A stretch of 46,204 nucleotides of DNA from a virus (lineage: Duplodnaviria; Caudoviricetes): IMG/VR virus record IMGVR_UViG_3300017700_000376, positions 1-46,204 of that record; one strand, given 5' to 3'. A model generated the notes under the pieces. It did no database searches, had not been told where the DNA came from, and saw only the letters and a list, made by a program, of their open reading frames with translations. Shown here in pieces: positions 44,280 to 46,204 of the stretch; position 1 is the stretch's first letter; every line of letters starts with the position of its first letter. The position numbers were made by a program, and so were the translations under genes.

Positions 44280-46204
44280 GTCACCACCGATTTCAAAGCG
44301 TCGTTGTCCTTCTGCATCTCGCGCAGGAAGTCGCGCACGCGCATCTGCGTCTCAACACCGTTGGCATCGACGTACGGCACGAGATCGTTGAACTGATCGA
44401 GCCGCGAGCCGTCCGGCAACGTGACGTACTTCAGGTCGTCGATCTCGGCGCGCAGTTTGGCGATCTGTTCGGCGGCGTTCTCGGCTTTCGGGTCGACCTT
44501 GGCAATCTTTTCTTCGAGCGCGTTCAAGGCGTCACGGATCTCGACGTCCGTCATCTTCGTCACCTTGGCGGCCGACGTCACGAACGCGTCGACCTTCTCG
44601 TCGACGGCAACCGTCTGGTCCGCCACGTTCGAGCGCACGCGCTCGGTCGCATCGGCGTTGGCGTTCACCCGCACTTTGCCCTCGACGTCAGGGGTCAGCC
44701 TGGCCAGGGGCACGGCATCGTCGATCGTGCGCGCGGGCGTCATCGGCGCCTTGGTGTCGGTCAGGCGCATCGGCTGTTCCGTCAACGACGGCTTGCCTTC
44801 GCCGCGGTAGCGGAACCCGGTGCCGTCCTCGAGCCGCTTCAGGAACTCCATCGTGTTCCAATCCATCGGCGTCGACCGCCACTCCTTCTCGGCGGCGCTG
44901 TAGGCGCGCGTCACCAGCGGCGCCAAGTCGCGCATCTGGTAGTCGACGTCCTGCAGCTTCAGGCGCAAGTCTAGGTCTGTTGCCACCTGCCATTTGGCGT
45001 ATTCGGCGGCAACGTCGGGGCGATCGGCGCCCCGGCGAACATCCGGACCCGCTGTGCGCTCAATCGCAGCGCGTATTTCGTCTCGCTGCACTGCCAGCTT
45101 GTCGTATGTGCGGAACAGGTCGGGGTCGACACGTCGCGCGATGTCGTCGACGGTGTCGAGGTTGTCAATGTACTTCTGATACGGTCGGTCATACGTCACC
45201 CCTTCAACTTCACGCGTGAACGTCACGTCGGCACGCGGCGGCGCGATTTCATACGGCGCCGGGCCGTCCCATCGGTCAAGCTCACGCGAAACGTGATCGA
45301 GATCGAGTGCCCGACGCAGTTCAGCCGGACGCGTCTTGCCGTACGTCTCCTCGAAGTCGAGCTTGTGCGCCGTCCGGTACGTCTCGTAGTCCGGATAGTC
45401 GTTGAGCGGGCGTCCGGCGGCCATGGGCGGCGGAACCTCGCCGATCGGGTCGGGTGGCGGCAGCGGGCGCCCGGCGGGCTCGGGGGGCGGCGGCACGTCG
45501 TTGAACCAACGTCCGGTCGTCAAGCGACGCGCGCCCATCGATACGGCTTCACCCAGCGCCTGGCCGCCGGCGCCGCCGGCCGCGGCGAACCCGAGACGCG
45601 CCATGTCTTCGCCAAACGTCGGCTGGCGCCCTAGCAAGATGTTCTCGTTGTTCGGCGTGATCGCCATGTTGCCGGCCTCGACGCCGGCGTTCAGCGCACC
45701 CTGCACACCGATGCGGCCGACAACGGTAGTGCCGCCGCCGGCGAACATCGTGGCCGCGTTGAGCGGATCCGACACCGGGTTCATGGCACCCGCCGCGCCA
45801 CCGATGAAACCGCCGATCGTGCCGGCGAACGTCGTGGGTCCCTGCGCGCGCTTCTCGATCTCCTGCGACTGTTCGCGGACCTTGGCAAAAATGTCTTCGT
45901 AGGTCATCAGCCCGAGATCGGGCCGTTCCTTGCGCAACGCCTCGATCTCTTTGTTCCGTTCGGCCACAAGCTCGTCTGTGTACCAGCCGCCGCCGTCGAC
46001 GACCGACTGTGCCGCTGCGCTGTAGCGGCCCTGACGAAACTGCGCGCCACCGAACGGGCCGACACCGACGTCTTCACTGTCGTCGAGCGACTTCGGCGGG
46101 CGCAGGCCGGCTTCGCGGATCTTCTTGATTTGCTCCTGTTCGAGCGTCCGCATGGACTGTTCGACAGCCAGCAACGAATGAACCTTCGTGGCGCTCTGCC
46201 ACGA
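44261..46204 (-). CDS. Internal virion/ejection protein (3' part, starts at 222 across the junction)
   Basis: Gly/Ala-rich amphipathic segment, located between the other ejection genes. Confidence 0.78.
   Translation of the reverse strand, partial: SWQSATKVHSLLAVEQSMRTLEQEQIKKIREAGLRPPKSLDDSEDVGVGPFGGAQFRQGRYSAAAQSVVDGGGWYTDELVAERNKEIEALRKERPDLGLMTYEDIFAKVREQSQEIEKRAQGPTTFAGTIGGFIGGAAGAMNPVSDPLNAATMFAGGGTTVVGRIGVQGALNAGVEAGNMAITPNNENILLGRQPTFGEDMARLGFAAAGGAGGQALGEAVSMGARRLTTGRWFNDVPPPPEPAGRPLPPPDPIGEVPPPMAAGRPLNDYPDYETYRTAHKLDFEETYGKTRPAELRRALDLDHVSRELDRWDGPAPYEIAPPRADVTFTREVEGVTYDRPYQKYIDNLDTVDDIARRVDPDLFRTYDKLAVQRDEIRAAIERTAGPDVRRGADRPDVAAEYAKWQVATDLDLRLKLQDVDYQMRDLAPLVTRAYSAAEKEWRSTPMDWNTMEFLKRLEDGTGFRYRGEGKPSLTEQPMRLTDTKAPMTPARTIDDAVPLARLTPDVEGKVRVNANADATERVRSNVADQTVAVDEKVDAFVTSAAKVTKMTDVEIRDALNALEEKIAKVDPKAENAAEQIAKLRAEIDDLKYVTLPDGSRLDQFNDLVPYVDANGVETQMRVRDFLREMQKDNDALKSVVTCSRPS
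46082..46204. repeat. Direct terminal overlap (copy 2)
   Basis: Identical to 1-123. Confidence 0.97.

Overview
The window is an apparently complete, circularly assembled, GC-rich podovirus genome. Positions 1-123 are identical to 46082-46204, so the unit length is 46,081 bp. The gene set is of the BPP-1/APSE/BcepC6B type. A minus-strand virion block runs terL > small protein > portal > Bbp19-like > scaffold > capsid > decoration > tail tubular A/B > GNAT-like > ejection proteins (one crosses the contig junction) > tail fibre > tailspike module > holin/endolysin/spanins. A plus-strand block holds many small early genes, an HTH protein, a RuvC-like resolvase, dNMP kinase, SNF2 helicase, DUF2800 Cas4-like nuclease, DUF2815 SSB, family A DNA polymerase, Prim-Pol/AAA_25 primase-helicase and a short C5 methyltransferase. 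I recognise no integrase, RNA polymerase, reverse transcriptase, CRISPR array or tRNA. The most interesting signals are non-coding. (1) A terminator hairpin has a loop (UAGCUUCCUCUC) complementary to a GAGAGGAA(G) start-associated motif repeated in front of at least 7 small phage genes, which suggests a phage anti-Shine-Dalgarno RNA regulon. (2) A 28-bp dif-like XerC/XerD site sits in the large non-coding region of this integrase-less tailed phage. (3) The terS-like gene is inverted head-to-head with terL, with overlapping face-to-face promoters and a predicted leaderless mRNA. (4) Homologous long RNA stems lie between consecutive early genes. (5) A GCGTAACA motif is embedded in several sigma70-like promoters. 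All protein calls come from motif recognition and synteny, not database searches. An alphaproteobacterial host is an inference.
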